This document shows positions 33,010 to 43,401 of a stretch of DNA of 53,926 bases, piece after piece (positions within the stretch are counted from its first letter, which is position 1; each line of letters begins with the position of its first letter). Under the pieces are notes generated by a model. It saw nothing but the letters and a program-made list of their open reading frames with translations, had not been told where the DNA came from and did not search any database. Position numbers and translations under genes: made by a program. The stretch is from a virus (taxonomy: Duplodnaviria > Caudoviricetes): IMG/VR virus record IMGVR_UViG_3300044946_000035, positions 1 through 53,926 of that record; one strand, 5' to 3'.

Positions 33010-33999
33010 ATGGCGAACAGCGTAATCGGACTCGGACTCGCAACTCCCCCGGTCCTGTTATCGAACACCGTCAACGCAATCAGTCAGAAATACATTGTCC
33101 CGGTCCTCGGTGACAACGTATTCAAGCCCTCTCCCGTGTTCTGGGCGCTGACCCGTGACGGCAAGAAATTCGGCGCGGGCGAACTGGTCTTCCCCGAAAT
33201 CAACCAGGAAGAACTCCCTGGCGGCGCGTACTACGGCGACCAGCTCCTCGACACCTCCGTGGTCGATTCCGTCCAACCCGCCGACCAGGTGTGGCGTCCC
33301 TACCGCCAGCCGATCGTCATCCCGATTACCGACGTAATCCTCAATCGCGGTGGCGCGGGCAACCTCGACATCATCAAGCTCAAGTACCAAACGGCGTCCG
33401 GCTCCTTCCTCCAGAAGCTGTCCCGCGCCCTATGGCACACCGCCCCGCAGAACACCTCCCTCGACATCGACGACATCAATTCGTGGGCGGGACAGACCAC
33501 CAACACCATCGCGGGCATCAACCGGAACCTCGCTGCGAACACCTTCTGGCAGCCGGCGGGCAACCAGACGAATACCTCCGGCTCCCTGACCCCGACCAAC
33601 GCGGAGATCGCTTACCAAGCTGTTACGTTAGGCTACGACGAGCCCGACCTGATGCCGATCGTGCAGAACCGCTACGCCGGCTTCAAGGGGAACTTCACTA
33701 CCCTCGTGCGCTTTGGCCAAGGGATGCAGGACGAGGAGGCGTTACAGGTCGGATTCCGCAACCACTTCCTGTTCAACAACGCCATCGTGGTGCCGGATGT
33801 GTTCGCCACGGCGAACTCGGCGTATTTCCTTAACAGTAAATACTTCTTCCCGGTCTTTCACGAGGCGGATTACTTCAATGTAGACCCATTCGTAAAGCCT
33901 AGCAACCAAAGGGTGTTAGTATCCACGATGTACCTGACTTGGCAGCTCTCGTGCATCTCTCCGAGAATGCTGATCCAGATTACTAACATCACGAGCTAA
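33010..33999 (+). CDS. Major capsid protein (HK97 fold)
   Basis: 329 aa; DNVF..SP, GG.Y.G...L, IAGINR....FW, YFLNSKY; strongly biased codons. Confidence 0.9.
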   Translation: MANSVIGLGLATPPVLLSNTVNAISQKYIVPVLGDNVFKPSPVFWALTRDGKKFGAGELVFPEINQEELPGGAYYGDQLLDTSVVDSVQPADQVWRPYRQPIVIPITDVILNRGGAGNLDIIKLKYQTASGSFLQKLSRALWHTAPQNTSLDIDDINSWAGQTTNTIAGINRNLAANTFWQPAGNQTNTSGSLTPTNAEIAYQAVTLGYDEPDLMPIVQNRYAGFKGNFTTLVRFGQGMQDEEALQVGFRNHFLFNNAIVVPDVFATANSAYFLNSKYFFPVFHEADYFNVDPFVKPSNQRVLVSTMYLTWQLSCISPRMLIQITNITS

Positions 34000-34027
34000 A
34001 GTTACTACTTAGTAACGGAGACAGAAC

Positions 34028-34492
34028 ATGGCAGTCATCAACACGGTAAAACGGATCTATCCGGGACTCGGTTCCCCGACCGTCTACTTCTCGAACATCA
34101 ACGCCGCCATCATCAACGGCAACACTACCATCTCCTGCCCGGTTGGCTCGAACGTCCAGACCAACCAGTCGGGTACCGGTCCTGTTACCTGCGGCATGGT
34201 GCGCGTCAAATCAGAATGGATGGGCACGTTTATCAACACCGGCAACGTCTTCCCCAACAACACACAATGCCGCGTGCTCAACATCTGGGGCGATGACAGC
34301 TCCTCGAACGTGGTGCAGCTCTACGACGGCGATGCCTTCATCGGCGCGGCCAACCTAAACATCGACCGCATCTATTTCTTCAACTCGGATCTCCCGCTGG
34401 CGAACATCAACGTGTCGCTGAACGTGCAGGGGATCAACTCCACCTCGGCGACGAACGCGCTGTTCTCGGTGGAAGTGGCGGCTGGGCCGTAG
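34028..34492 (+). CDS. Putative capsid decoration/minor head protein
   Basis: Beta-rich; follows the capsid gene and precedes a terminator. Confidence 0.65.
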   Translation: MAVINTVKRIYPGLGSPTVYFSNINAAIINGNTTISCPVGSNVQTNQSGTGPVTCGMVRVKSEWMGTFINTGNVFPNNTQCRVLNIWGDDSSSNVVQLYDGDAFIGAANLNIDRIYFFNSDLPLANINVSLNVQGINSTSATNALFSVEVAAGP

Positions 34493-34519
34493 GAATCGGA
34501 AGTTGAGGGGGCGTGCCTG

Positions 34520-34553
34520 ACGGGCTGGGCTTCGGCCCGGCCCGTTAATTTTT
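34520..34553 (+). terminator. Intrinsic terminator after the capsid genes
   Basis: ACGGGCTGGGC-TTCG-GCCCGGCCCGT then TAATTTTT. Confidence 0.8.
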
Positions 34554-34568
34554 ATAAGGAGGACTACG

Positions 34569-34673
34569 ATGGCTGAATACCGACACAAAGGCTCCGGCAA
34601 GGACAAGAAATATCTCTCGAAGCTCTACGGCTTTCGTGACAAGATCAAACGCGGCTCGAAGAAACGGAGCTAA
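34569..34673 (+). CDS. 34-aa basic peptide (not in the ORF track)
   Basis: TAAGGAGG SD; MAEYRHKGSGKDKKYLSKLYGFRDKIKRGSKKRS. Confidence 0.7.
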   Translation: MAEYRHKGSGKDKKYLSKLYGFRDKIKRGSKKRS

Positions 34674-34675
34674 GA

Positions 34676-36859
34676 GTGCGCTGGTGGCTGCTCACATTCG
34701 TTCTGCTAACAGGATCGGCGTTCGCCCAGCTGACCACGGCGGTCACGGCCCAGGTGGCCGACGTGAATGGCTCCCCCTACGTCAACTGCCAGTGGTCGGT
34801 GACCTTTGTCGGTCAGTCCACTGCCCCCGGTGTTGGTCCTTACGCGCCCGCCGCCTTGCTCAACGGGCAGCAGGGGAAATGCGACTCAACCGGTCTCCTG
34901 ACTCTTAGCCTCGCGGATAACGTCAACACAGTCACTCCCACTCCGTCCCAGTGGCAGTTCAACATCTGCTCCGCCTCCGGCTACCCGGCTGGCCCGTACT
35001 GCTTTCAGAAACTTCTGACCATCACCGGGACCTCCCAGAACATCAGCGCGGCTCTGACTGCCGTTGCCCCAGTTCTCCCCGCGTTCAACGGGACCAATCT
35101 CCTGCCGGGGACTCCCACTGGATCAATCCAAGTGGCAACCGGGTCCTCCGTGTTCGCCGGAGCGCCGTCTCCGATATACGCATCGCAGCGTCCCGGAGCG
35201 GACTGCGGGGCCAAGATCAACTCTGCTGACGCGGCACTTGGCTCCAATGCCGGAGAAATCTGGCTGGACAAAAATTGCGGTTCGACCCTGACGACCCCTG
35301 TTACCTTGAGCGCCAACCACCACCTGAAGGTCGTCCAAGGCGGGCTCTATACCTACTGCGGAGAGTGGAAGCTCAACACTTCTTCCTCGCTCGAAGGCAC
35401 CATCTCCGGCTTTGTCGAGAACATCTCCGTCCAACCCCTGCCGCCGGTCCTCTTCCAGCAGGCTCCGGGATGCAATCTCGCGGTCAACTTCGATATCGTC
35501 GGGGCGAACGTAGCCATCTCGAACATCGGCCTCAGCTTCAACAATTCCTCAAACGCCGCCGGGGTCGGCATCCAGACTGATACCACCACCTGCTCGACCA
35601 ACGGGTGCCTCGGCCATCTTCTGCTCGACGGCGTGACCATCGCCCAAGGTTACAGCAACAACATCGTCATCCAGTCCACGGGGACGATTGACCAAGCGGT
35701 CGGCGCTCAAATCTGGCGTACCGTTTCCGAGAACTCCCTGAACGGTGACGGTCTCACCGTCCTCAAGACCACCGATGTCAAGCTCCACAACTACTTCGGC
35801 GAGACCAACGGGAACTGCGGCATCACCATCACGGGATCTACCGTCTGGACCGATACCTCTCCTGATATCTCGACCAATAACAACTGCGGCGTCTACATCT
35901 CCGGCACCCCGTCGAATCCCGCCGGCCTCGTTATCGAAATCCCTTCCATCACCTCTCCGTCCCTGACCTCGGGCGTCAACGCATCTCTCGACGGCGGGAT
36001 CGTGGTCCAAGGCTGGGACTCGACATCCTCGACCTGCAACAACGCCTCGCTCATTATCATCGGCGGAGCCTTCAGTGTTACTGGCGGCACTCAAACGAAC
36101 GCCTGGGACATGATTCACATCGAGAACACGGGCGGGGACCGGATTGCGTTCTCGAACTTCCTCGGCCCCGCTTCTGGTTCCGTCGCACGCTATGGCTATT
36201 ACCATGGCAACACCCATGCCTGCACCCTGCAACCGGATGTAATCATCGGCAACGAGTTCGTTGGGACCTTCGGCACGGGTAGCAGCTCCCTCTTCTCCTA
36301 CCTCTCCGGCGATGTCCTTCTGGCCAACAACGAAAGCGGCAACGCAGGCAGTTCGCTCGCCGAGTTCACCAATCACTACCTCCCGAATACCTATCCGCTC
36401 TACGCCGCGAACGCCGCTGGCGCTCCGCAGAAGGCATTGTTTACCGACGCCTCCAATAATCTATGGATCACGGGGGACCCGACCGCAGGCGTGATCGCGT
36501 TTCAGCCGCACGGCACGGGAGCGACGATTGCTTCCCTGACCAACTCGGGGATGCAGCTTGGGGCCTTGGCCGTCACCAATTCCGAAGTCACGCATAACAT
36601 CCTGACCGGCTCCGGCACCCTGACCTACACCGCCATCTCGACCCAGACTTGCCAAGAGCAGGCGATCACCGTCACCGGAGCTTCAGCCACAGCGGGCGCA
36701 GCAACCGCTTCCCCGAACGCCACCCTCGGCTCGACCAATCTCTCCTGGTCCGCCTGGGTGAGCGCAACCAACACGGTCTCGGTGCGTGTGTGCAACGTGG
36801 CCACGACCTCAACCATTACCCCGTCCGCAGTCACCTGGACGGCATTTGTGATGCAATGA
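34676..36859 (+). CDS. Spike-like beta-helix protein with an N-terminal signal peptide
   Basis: MRWWLLTFVLLTGSAFA|Q; DCGAKINSADAAL entry helix followed by parallel beta-helix-like repeats. Confidence 0.75.
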   Translation: MRWWLLTFVLLTGSAFAQLTTAVTAQVADVNGSPYVNCQWSVTFVGQSTAPGVGPYAPAALLNGQQGKCDSTGLLTLSLADNVNTVTPTPSQWQFNICSASGYPAGPYCFQKLLTITGTSQNISAALTAVAPVLPAFNGTNLLPGTPTGSIQVATGSSVFAGAPSPIYASQRPGADCGAKINSADAALGSNAGEIWLDKNCGSTLTTPVTLSANHHLKVVQGGLYTYCGEWKLNTSSSLEGTISGFVENISVQPLPPVLFQQAPGCNLAVNFDIVGANVAISNIGLSFNNSSNAAGVGIQTDTTTCSTNGCLGHLLLDGVTIAQGYSNNIVIQSTGTIDQAVGAQIWRTVSENSLNGDGLTVLKTTDVKLHNYFGETNGNCGITITGSTVWTDTSPDISTNNNCGVYISGTPSNPAGLVIEIPSITSPSLTSGVNASLDGGIVVQGWDSTSSTCNNASLIIIGGAFSVTGGTQTNAWDMIHIENTGGDRIAFSNFLGPASGSVARYGYYHGNTHACTLQPDVIIGNEFVGTFGTGSSSLFSYLSGDVLLANNESGNAGSSLAEFTNHYLPNTYPLYAANAAGAPQKALFTDASNNLWITGDPTAGVIAFQPHGTGATIASLTNSGMQLGALAVTNSEVTHNILTGSGTLTYTAISTQTCQEQAITVTGASATAGAATASPNATLGSTNLSWSAWVSATNTVSVRVCNVATTSTITPSAVTWTAFVMQ

Positions 36860-38109
36860 GCCTAGTCGGCGAACTGATCCTCAGCTTCCGCGAACTGGCG
36901 ACGGACCTACCGCAGGTCATGCCGCCGCCGACGCTCGTCTCACTCGCAGGCCAGACGGTTGCTGGGGGGATCTTCCAAGCAGGAACCTATTTCGTAGTCG
37001 CCACTCTCCTGTCCAGCTTCGGAGAGACGGCGCAGTCGCTCGAACAAACCGTCACCCTGAGCGGAGGCCAGAACTCGATCCTTGGCGTTATCACCTACCC
37101 GACCACGGGCGTCACCGGAGCGCGTTTCTACGTCACCCCAGTCGGCGGGCTCGCGGGCACGGAACTCAACTTCCAGGAGTTCGATTTCTCGAACAGCATT
37201 ACCAATTTCAACATCACCAATCCCGCGACCACCGCGACTCCGCCTTCGCGCTCGACCGCCTACCTCCCGGACACCGACGGTCCGGCGCTCGGAGCCTACG
37301 CTGCGTACCGCTGGCTGAATCAAGCCCTCGCGTGGGCGGCGGGAAAGAATCGTGGCGGGCTGCCTGACTTCGGCGCGGTGGGCACGACCAATGGCATAGG
37401 CAACTATGTCATGCCGGGATACTGGAAGAAAATCGACACCGCATGGTTCGACGGCTACCCTCTCGGCCTCCTGAACAAGAACAATGTATTTCGTCGTCAG
37501 CCTGTCCCCGGTTACTCCGGCGCACTGACCATCTTCCAAGCCACCGACCGCCTGATGGTTGAGTGCTGGCCGCAACCCAATCGAACTTCCAATCAGACCA
37601 CCCTAGCCTCACCTATGGCAGCGACGGACACGGTAGCCAATCTGACCTCAACCGCCAACTTCGTGCTGGGATTTGGGATGGCCTCGATCGGCACGGAACT
37701 CGTATATTATTCGGCCATCAATAACAATCAGCTAACCGGACTCCTGCGTGGGATGTGCGGCACGACTCCGGCGGCATGGCCCACGGGAGCATCCTCGGTC
37801 GAGCTGAACCTGATGATCAGCGGCTACCGCGTACCCTCGACCTATGCCCCTGGTTCAGCCCTCTCGACCCTGTATCTCCCTCCCGGCTGGGACGAAGCCT
37901 TAACCTCGTATATGCTCCATCGCTTCCGCAAGGCCGAGCAGGACGAAAACGGGGCCAAGACCTGCTTGCAGGAGGCCACGCAAAAACTCTCGGATCTATC
38001 CGCCAACCGGATTATCGCGGGGCCACGGCAGATCCAGCCATTTGGGACGCAGGGGCCGGAGATCGCGGTCGGTCTTGGATCGCCGTTCGGGGGAGTTATC
38101 ATCCGATGA
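36856..38109 (+). CDS. Head-tail adaptor/tail tubular-like protein with inserted beta domains
   Basis: ATGA coupling; YRWLNQAL and LPPGWDEALTSY...KAEQD adaptor-like motifs. Confidence 0.6.
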   Translation: MSLVGELILSFRELATDLPQVMPPPTLVSLAGQTVAGGIFQAGTYFVVATLLSSFGETAQSLEQTVTLSGGQNSILGVITYPTTGVTGARFYVTPVGGLAGTELNFQEFDFSNSITNFNITNPATTATPPSRSTAYLPDTDGPALGAYAAYRWLNQALAWAAGKNRGGLPDFGAVGTTNGIGNYVMPGYWKKIDTAWFDGYPLGLLNKNNVFRRQPVPGYSGALTIFQATDRLMVECWPQPNRTSNQTTLASPMAATDTVANLTSTANFVLGFGMASIGTELVYYSAINNNQLTGLLRGMCGTTPAAWPTGASSVELNLMISGYRVPSTYAPGSALSTLYLPPGWDEALTSYMLHRFRKAEQDENGAKTCLQEATQKLSDLSANRIIAGPRQIQPFGTQGPEIAVGLGSPFGGVIIR

Positions 38110-40664
38110 GCCAGATGCTCGTCCACTCCCGCTTCCTCAAGGGCCTTCAGGCAGGCTTCGACAAATTCTCGCAGCCCAAGGACTCCATCGCCCGGGTCTC
38201 GAACTTCCTGTTCACCAAGCGGGGAGCTTTAAAAGTCTGCGACGGAAGCTTGCTGCTGTCCGCGTTCAACGGAGCCTTGGAGACCCTCCCGTCCAACTTC
38301 GGAGCGTGGCTTGAACTCTTCCTCTACCAGCCCATCGGAACCGCGCCGGGGTACTTCGGGATTTACAAGGACTACGGCGCTCACCTTTTCAATCCCGGCT
38401 CTCTGGCAGCCTCAGCAGGGTCCTCGGGGGTCCTCTCTGGGACCTATTTCTATATCGTAACCGCCTCCGACGGAGCCGGAGGAGAAACCGCAGGGTCGAA
38501 CGAAGCCACGGTGACGCTTTCTTCGCAGAAAGGTTCCCTAAGCTGGACCGCAGTCCCGAACGCCGCTTCCTACAACATCTATCGAACCGCGAGCGGCGGA
38601 GCGTCCGGCACCGAAGTTCTCGCGGCGACTGGCGTCCTGACCAACTCCTACACGGATAACATCCCCGACAGTTCCCTTGGCACCAAGACTCCGCCTGCGG
38701 CCAACAACACGCAGCAGACGCAGTTTGTCGCCATCCCTTCCGGGAGCTACGGAGCGGGGAACATCGTGCGAGCGTTCCCGGCGGACGCCTTCCCGATTCT
38801 TGGCGGGATTCCCGGCGGCATCGGAGGAGGCGCTTACGGCAAAGGCGGAAACGTCTCCCCGACATTCCAAGGCGGAGTGACCGGAGCCATCTCTCCTATG
38901 CCCATGATCGTCGGATTCGTCAACAAGATGATTCTCGCGCTGGGGAACGGGATCACGCCCTTTCAATCCGACGCGACGAACCTTGGCACTATCCAGCTGA
39001 CCAACACCTTCACCGCCAGCTATCCCGCGTGGGCTACATCCGTCGCCACCAATGTCGGTGATCAGATCCAAGCGACGGTCGCCGGAACCGCGTATGTATT
39101 CACCGCCACGCAGGGAGGGATCACCAACTCCTCCGGCGCTCCAACTTTCCCCGCTACTCTCAATGCCACGGTCGTCGATGGCTCCGGTTCGACGGTGATC
39201 TGGAAAAACTCCGGCCAAGTCTCCGGTTCTCCCGTGCCTCGCGGCGCGGCGCACGAAGAAATCTACGCTGGCTCCCTTTGGGTGGCAAATACCTCTCCAA
39301 CCGAAACCTCCGACCAGCTCGACGGTCCCTCTGCCCTGCGTATGTCCGACCTCAACTCCCCGAACTCGTGGAACCCGCTGAATGCCGCCCAGATCGAGCC
39401 CGACGATGGCGATCAATGCACCGGCATCAAGGCGTTCACCATCGCTGAGGCCGGGATCGCTCCGCAGAACTTCCTGACCTATTTCAAGAACTTCTCGACC
39501 TTCATTATCCAAGGAGTATTCGGCTCGACCGACTTCTCCATCGTTCGCCTTCAGACGGACATGGGCAATATCGCTCCCCGCTCGCTTCAATTCGTCCCCG
39601 GCTTCGGCATCCTGCGGCTGTCTCACCTCGGATTCGCCAAGACCGACGGCATCACGGATCGACTGGAGAATCCCGAAGGGCTGCGTCCCTATCTGTTCGG
39701 CGGCGAGACCGATATCAACCCGGTGGACTGGAATTATCTCTACTTCTCGAAAGCCGCCCAGACCGCCAATCCTCCCATGTACGTCTGCGCCTGCCCGGTG
39801 CTGCCCATGATCGCGGGGAACATTGCATTCGTGTTCGCGGCGATGGGTTCGGGCGGATCGCTCCAGTCGGGGACTTACTGCATCAAGGCTTACCTGGTTA
39901 AGTTCAATGGCACGCTCCTATATTCGACGGAGGTCACTGCCAGCGGCGGGCCGGGGACCAAGATCACCGTCACCCTGCCCGTAGCCGCCCAGCAGGGCAA
40001 CTACTGGATCATCTACTTCGGCATCGGCTCGGGCAACGAGAACCAGTTCGTCCAGGTTCTCTCGTCGCAGACGACCGTGACCATCAGCGCTCCAGGCATC
40101 GCGGGCACCCCCGGCTCCTCAAATGGCTGGCTGACGCGCCTGTTCTGCTACGACCTCGTTCTCAAGGCATGGTCCGTCGTCGATCTCCCGTTCCCTATCT
40201 CGGTCCTGCGGCAGTTCCGTGCGCCGGGGACGATCCCCCTGACCATCATGGGAGGATTCTGGGACGGCGGGGTTCGTCGCTGGCAAGCAGGGGATGCCAC
40301 TTGGGACGCGGGCGCTACCAACAACTTCGCCCCCTCAACGGCGGTCCAGTGGAAAGTCCGAGATTCTGAGGTTTACGACGACGGCGCAACTTCAAAGCTG
40401 TTCAGCGATCAGGTTATAGTTCGCGGCGGAGACGGGATTCCCCCGACGATCACCTTGGAGGTCGTTACTGGAGGGAAGTCCCAAGGAATCCTCCCCGCAC
40501 AGATCACCAGCCTGACCGCGAACCAGTACGAGGCTCGCACGCGGGTATTGCAGACGATCGAGAATCTCCATCTGAATCTGGCTGGGTCGGGGCCGACTAC
40601 GATCGAGTCGATTGGGTATGAATTGACCAAGAAGCCGGTGGGATCGGCGCTGGTGTTCTCGTGA
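38106..40664 (+). CDS. Tail nozzle/stabilisation protein (P22 gp10 / T7 gp12-like) with FN3-like inserts
   Basis: NFLFTKRGAL at the N-terminus; LRMSD...P.SW, D.CTGI, G.IAPRSL, YDLVLKAWS motifs. Confidence 0.7.
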   Translation: MSQMLVHSRFLKGLQAGFDKFSQPKDSIARVSNFLFTKRGALKVCDGSLLLSAFNGALETLPSNFGAWLELFLYQPIGTAPGYFGIYKDYGAHLFNPGSLAASAGSSGVLSGTYFYIVTASDGAGGETAGSNEATVTLSSQKGSLSWTAVPNAASYNIYRTASGGASGTEVLAATGVLTNSYTDNIPDSSLGTKTPPAANNTQQTQFVAIPSGSYGAGNIVRAFPADAFPILGGIPGGIGGGAYGKGGNVSPTFQGGVTGAISPMPMIVGFVNKMILALGNGITPFQSDATNLGTIQLTNTFTASYPAWATSVATNVGDQIQATVAGTAYVFTATQGGITNSSGAPTFPATLNATVVDGSGSTVIWKNSGQVSGSPVPRGAAHEEIYAGSLWVANTSPTETSDQLDGPSALRMSDLNSPNSWNPLNAAQIEPDDGDQCTGIKAFTIAEAGIAPQNFLTYFKNFSTFIIQGVFGSTDFSIVRLQTDMGNIAPRSLQFVPGFGILRLSHLGFAKTDGITDRLENPEGLRPYLFGGETDINPVDWNYLYFSKAAQTANPPMYVCACPVLPMIAGNIAFVFAAMGSGGSLQSGTYCIKAYLVKFNGTLLYSTEVTASGGPGTKITVTLPVAAQQGNYWIIYFGIGSGNENQFVQVLSSQTTVTISAPGIAGTPGSSNGWLTRLFCYDLVLKAWSVVDLPFPISVLRQFRAPGTIPLTIMGGFWDGGVRRWQAGDATWDAGATNNFAPSTAVQWKVRDSEVYDDGATSKLFSDQVIVRGGDGIPPTITLEVVTGGKSQGILPAQITSLTANQYEARTRVLQTIENLHLNLAGSGPTTIESIGYELTKKPVGSALVFS

Positions 40665-41056
40665 TTAGTCAACTCGAAATCCGCCACCCCCACGTCAACG
40701 AGGTCCCTGATGACCTGATGGTCGGCTTCGAGTGCTTCAAGATGGACCCGGAGTTCCAGTGGGTGCTGATCGTGGACGGGAAAGTAAAAGCCCAGATGAT
40801 GTGCGCGAACATGGCCGGGATACTGTTCATCATCCGTCTGGTGTCCCACGCCGACGCCCCGCACGGATGGGCGGTACAATTCTTCCGCCACGTCATGCGC
40901 GAGGCCAAGGCTAACGGGATGATCGGCTATGCTACATTTCTCTCGGATAAGACCGAGGGAGAGCGTAAGCTGATGAAAATCGTTCAGCGGGTAGGTGGCT
41001 TGCTTTGTCCTGTGAGCGGCGTGTGGGCTTTCGGAAGTACCGAGGTGAACTACTGA
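40661..41056 (+). CDS. GNAT-like protein (position of P22 gp14 / T7 gp13)
   Basis: 131 aa; lies between the nozzle and ejection genes. Confidence 0.5.
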   Translation: MISQLEIRHPHVNEVPDDLMVGFECFKMDPEFQWVLIVDGKVKAQMMCANMAGILFIIRLVSHADAPHGWAVQFFRHVMREAKANGMIGYATFLSDKTEGERKLMKIVQRVGGLLCPVSGVWAFGSTEVNY

Positions 41057-41415
41057 TGCCTCCGATTTTAGGAATTGCGGGATTGTTGCCAGCCTTAATC
41101 GGTGCTGGGGTGACCGGGGTGACCACGGGACTTGAAGCCTCGGGTGCAATCGGTGGTGGGGGTGGTCCATCGCAAGCCACCCAGCAACAGGAACAGTTGA
41201 CGCAGCAGGAAGCGGCCCAGAAGCAGCAACAGCAACAGTTGCAGCAGACGTTCAAGTCGTTCGCTCCTGACGCGCAGGCGCAAACCGGAGGCTCGCTGTC
41301 AGACTCCTCCTTTGCTTCCCTAGTAGCGGAGTTAGCGGGCCAGCCGGGGAACATCGGGACAGCGCAGCAGACGATCTTCGGCAGCACGCCGGAATCGGGA
41401 TTGGGGGCATCGTAA
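41056..41415 (+). CDS. Internal virion/ejection protein (putative)
   Basis: Gly/Ala hydrophobic N-terminus, then a Gln-rich coil. Confidence 0.65.
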   Translation: MPPILGIAGLLPALIGAGVTGVTTGLEASGAIGGGGGPSQATQQQEQLTQQEAAQKQQQQQLQQTFKSFAPDAQAQTGGSLSDSSFASLVAELAGQPGNIGTAQQTIFGSTPESGLGAS

Positions 41416-42029
41416 TGTCGGAAGTTCTCTCACAAATCGGCACCTTCCTCGGCTCGACCACGGGCAAGGGACTGCTCACCGCCGGAACCGCTGGCGGCGG
41501 ACTGATCCAGAACATCCTCGCCAACCGTGAGGCCCAGCAGAAGCAGAACTTCGTCGAACAGCTGGTTACTAACCCGGCGAAATGGAATGCCTTCGTGGCC
41601 TCGAAGGAGCAACCTTTGCAGGCTGGACTGACCGCTGACATCGCCCGTTCAACCGACGCTTACGGAGCCGAACGCGGGCTCGGGTCGTCCCCGGCGGTGA
41701 TGAAGGATGTCTACGCGCAGGCATTGGCCCCGTACATCCAGAACGAGCAACAAATGGCGCAGAATGCCGCATTGCAATCCCTCGGTATCTACGAAGGCTC
41801 CCCGACCACCAAGCCAATCGACGTATCCTCTATTCTGAAAGCGTTCATGTCGATGCCAGGAAACCGTCCGGGGCCGTTCAACAGCATCCCGCCAGCGGTC
41901 CAGGGCGGAGCCCCTGGAGGAGTCCCGGTGCAATCCTCGCCGATACCGGATCAGATTCCCGGCAATGACCCATTCAGCTTGGATTCGCTCATCAGCGGCG
42001 GGGGGTACAGCGGAGGGGAGTTGGGATAA
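41415..42029 (+). CDS. Internal virion/ejection protein (putative)
   Basis: Gly-rich N-terminus; A.RGLGSS motif; TAATG coupling. Confidence 0.65.
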   Translation: MSEVLSQIGTFLGSTTGKGLLTAGTAGGGLIQNILANREAQQKQNFVEQLVTNPAKWNAFVASKEQPLQAGLTADIARSTDAYGAERGLGSSPAVMKDVYAQALAPYIQNEQQMAQNAALQSLGIYEGSPTTKPIDVSSILKAFMSMPGNRPGPFNSIPPAVQGGAPGGVPVQSSPIPDQIPGNDPFSLDSLISGGGYSGGELG

Positions 42030-42193
42030 TGGAAAAAAGAACAAGATTGTTATGCCTAGCTATATTGAGAATCCGTTGTGTGTGCGGGCATTCTGGTTGG
42101 CAGCATCATGGACGTGTGGTAAATCGGCAGCGATTTTGGTGTGCCAGCACAACAAATTGCAAATCGTGCAAGTGTAAGAATTGGAGCGCATAG
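42029..42193 (+). CDS. 54-aa Cys/His-rich protein in a lower-GC insert (not in the ORF track)
   Basis: TAATG coupling; CVCGHSGWQH...CKSCKC. Confidence 0.55.
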   Translation: MEKRTRLLCLAILRIRCVCGHSGWQHHGRVVNRQRFWCASTTNCKSCKCKNWSA

Positions 42194-42196
42194 AGA

Positions 42197-42304
42197 ATGG
42201 CTATAGCCCTCTGGTTGACTCGACGGCGTGGTTGGGCAGCTGGGTGGCTATACTTGGGAATATTGTTATGGAGAAAGTTTCGACACGGTGATGTTTGCAA
42301 TTAA
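42197..42304 (+). CDS. 35-aa hydrophobic/basic peptide (not in the ORF track)
   Basis: MAIALWLTRRRGWAAGWLYLGILLWRKFRHGDVCN. Confidence 0.35.
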   Translation: MAIALWLTRRRGWAAGWLYLGILLWRKFRHGDVCN

Positions 42305-42315
42305 CCGGAGGATCA

Positions 42316-43401
42316 ATGGGCGGAGCACTTAGTATTCTGACATCTCTCGGCTCGGTCGCCAACCAGTACGGCGAGGCGAAGAATGAGAAATCGGCGGAGG
42401 ACTTTGCCCGTTCCGAGAAGCTGAAGCAGATGAGCACGCAGGACGCTTATCTTCAGTTAGCCAAGCAGCAGGAGGAGCGGCAGCAACAGGAGTTTGAGTT
42501 CAAGAAGAAATCCGGTGAGATCATCCCGATGGGGGATGGCCGATTCTGGTCGGTCTCGCAGCAGAAGTTCCTCGAACAACCGAAAGTTGATGAAGCAGAA
42601 GTATTCAAGCAGTTCTTTGATCAGAATCTCGATCCACGAGAGAAGAAACTGCTTGCTCCGCGCTTGCATCTCGCAGCGCAGCGATATCCTTACGATAAGG
42701 AAAAGATGCTCGGGGAGGCACAGTCCGAGGCGGACAAAGTTCATCAGGAAATAGCGCGACAGGACGCAGCAACGCTGGCTGAGACCAATCGTCAGCAGGA
42801 CAAGAAGGACTTGCAGGAGTTTCAATCGAAGCAGGACGAACAGCGACGACGGGAACGTCTTGAAGATCGCAAGAATCTGATGGATTACTCGAAGAATCTG
42901 ATGGGTCTAAAGCCGACTGCCGACGAGGTCCGTCGCGCTGACCTCGCGGAAAACGTGAACGAGAACCTCGATGCGCTGGAAGAGATCGTGAAGCGCCGTC
43001 CTGAACTATTCGGCCCCCTCCACGGAACCTTTACCACCCTTCGCGGGAAGGTTGGAACCAGCGATCAGGATATCGCTGCCTTAGAGCAAATTCGGGACAA
43101 CCTGGGCCGCGCCTTGCAGGGAGCGCACGGAATGCGATCCGCGACCGGAGTCATCAGCGCGGGGAACTCAGTCCTCAATGGATTCCGCAACAGCGACAAG
43201 GCAATCCTGTCCGCGATTGACCGGGCGAGGTCGAGCGTGGGGACATTTATCGGGGATGTGCAGCGGAAGGCGGGAGCGGGGGCCGCTGGACCGCCTCAGC
43301 CGAGCGGAGCGACACAGAGATTCACCTCTGGAGGGAAGACTTACAATATCCCCGCTGATAAGGTAGCGGAGTTCAAGAAGGATCACCCGGATGCCCGATA
43401 A
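42316..43401 (+). CDS. Internal virion/ejection protein (putative)
   Basis: GGAGG SD; long charged helices; C-terminal YNIPADKVAEFKKDHP. Confidence 0.7.
   Translation: MGGALSILTSLGSVANQYGEAKNEKSAEDFARSEKLKQMSTQDAYLQLAKQQEERQQQEFEFKKKSGEIIPMGDGRFWSVSQQKFLEQPKVDEAEVFKQFFDQNLDPREKKLLAPRLHLAAQRYPYDKEKMLGEAQSEADKVHQEIARQDAATLAETNRQQDKKDLQEFQSKQDEQRRRERLEDRKNLMDYSKNLMGLKPTADEVRRADLAENVNENLDALEEIVKRRPELFGPLHGTFTTLRGKVGTSDQDIAALEQIRDNLGRALQGAHGMRSATGVISAGNSVLNGFRNSDKAILSAIDRARSSVGTFIGDVQRKAGAGAAGPPQPSGATQRFTSGGKTYNIPADKVAEFKKDHPDAR

Noticed and set aside
24258-39626. Long antisense ORFs (e.g. 24258-25472, 32143-32973, 38538-39626)
   Set aside because: Shadow frames produced by high-GC codon bias of the sense genes; no motifs or RBS
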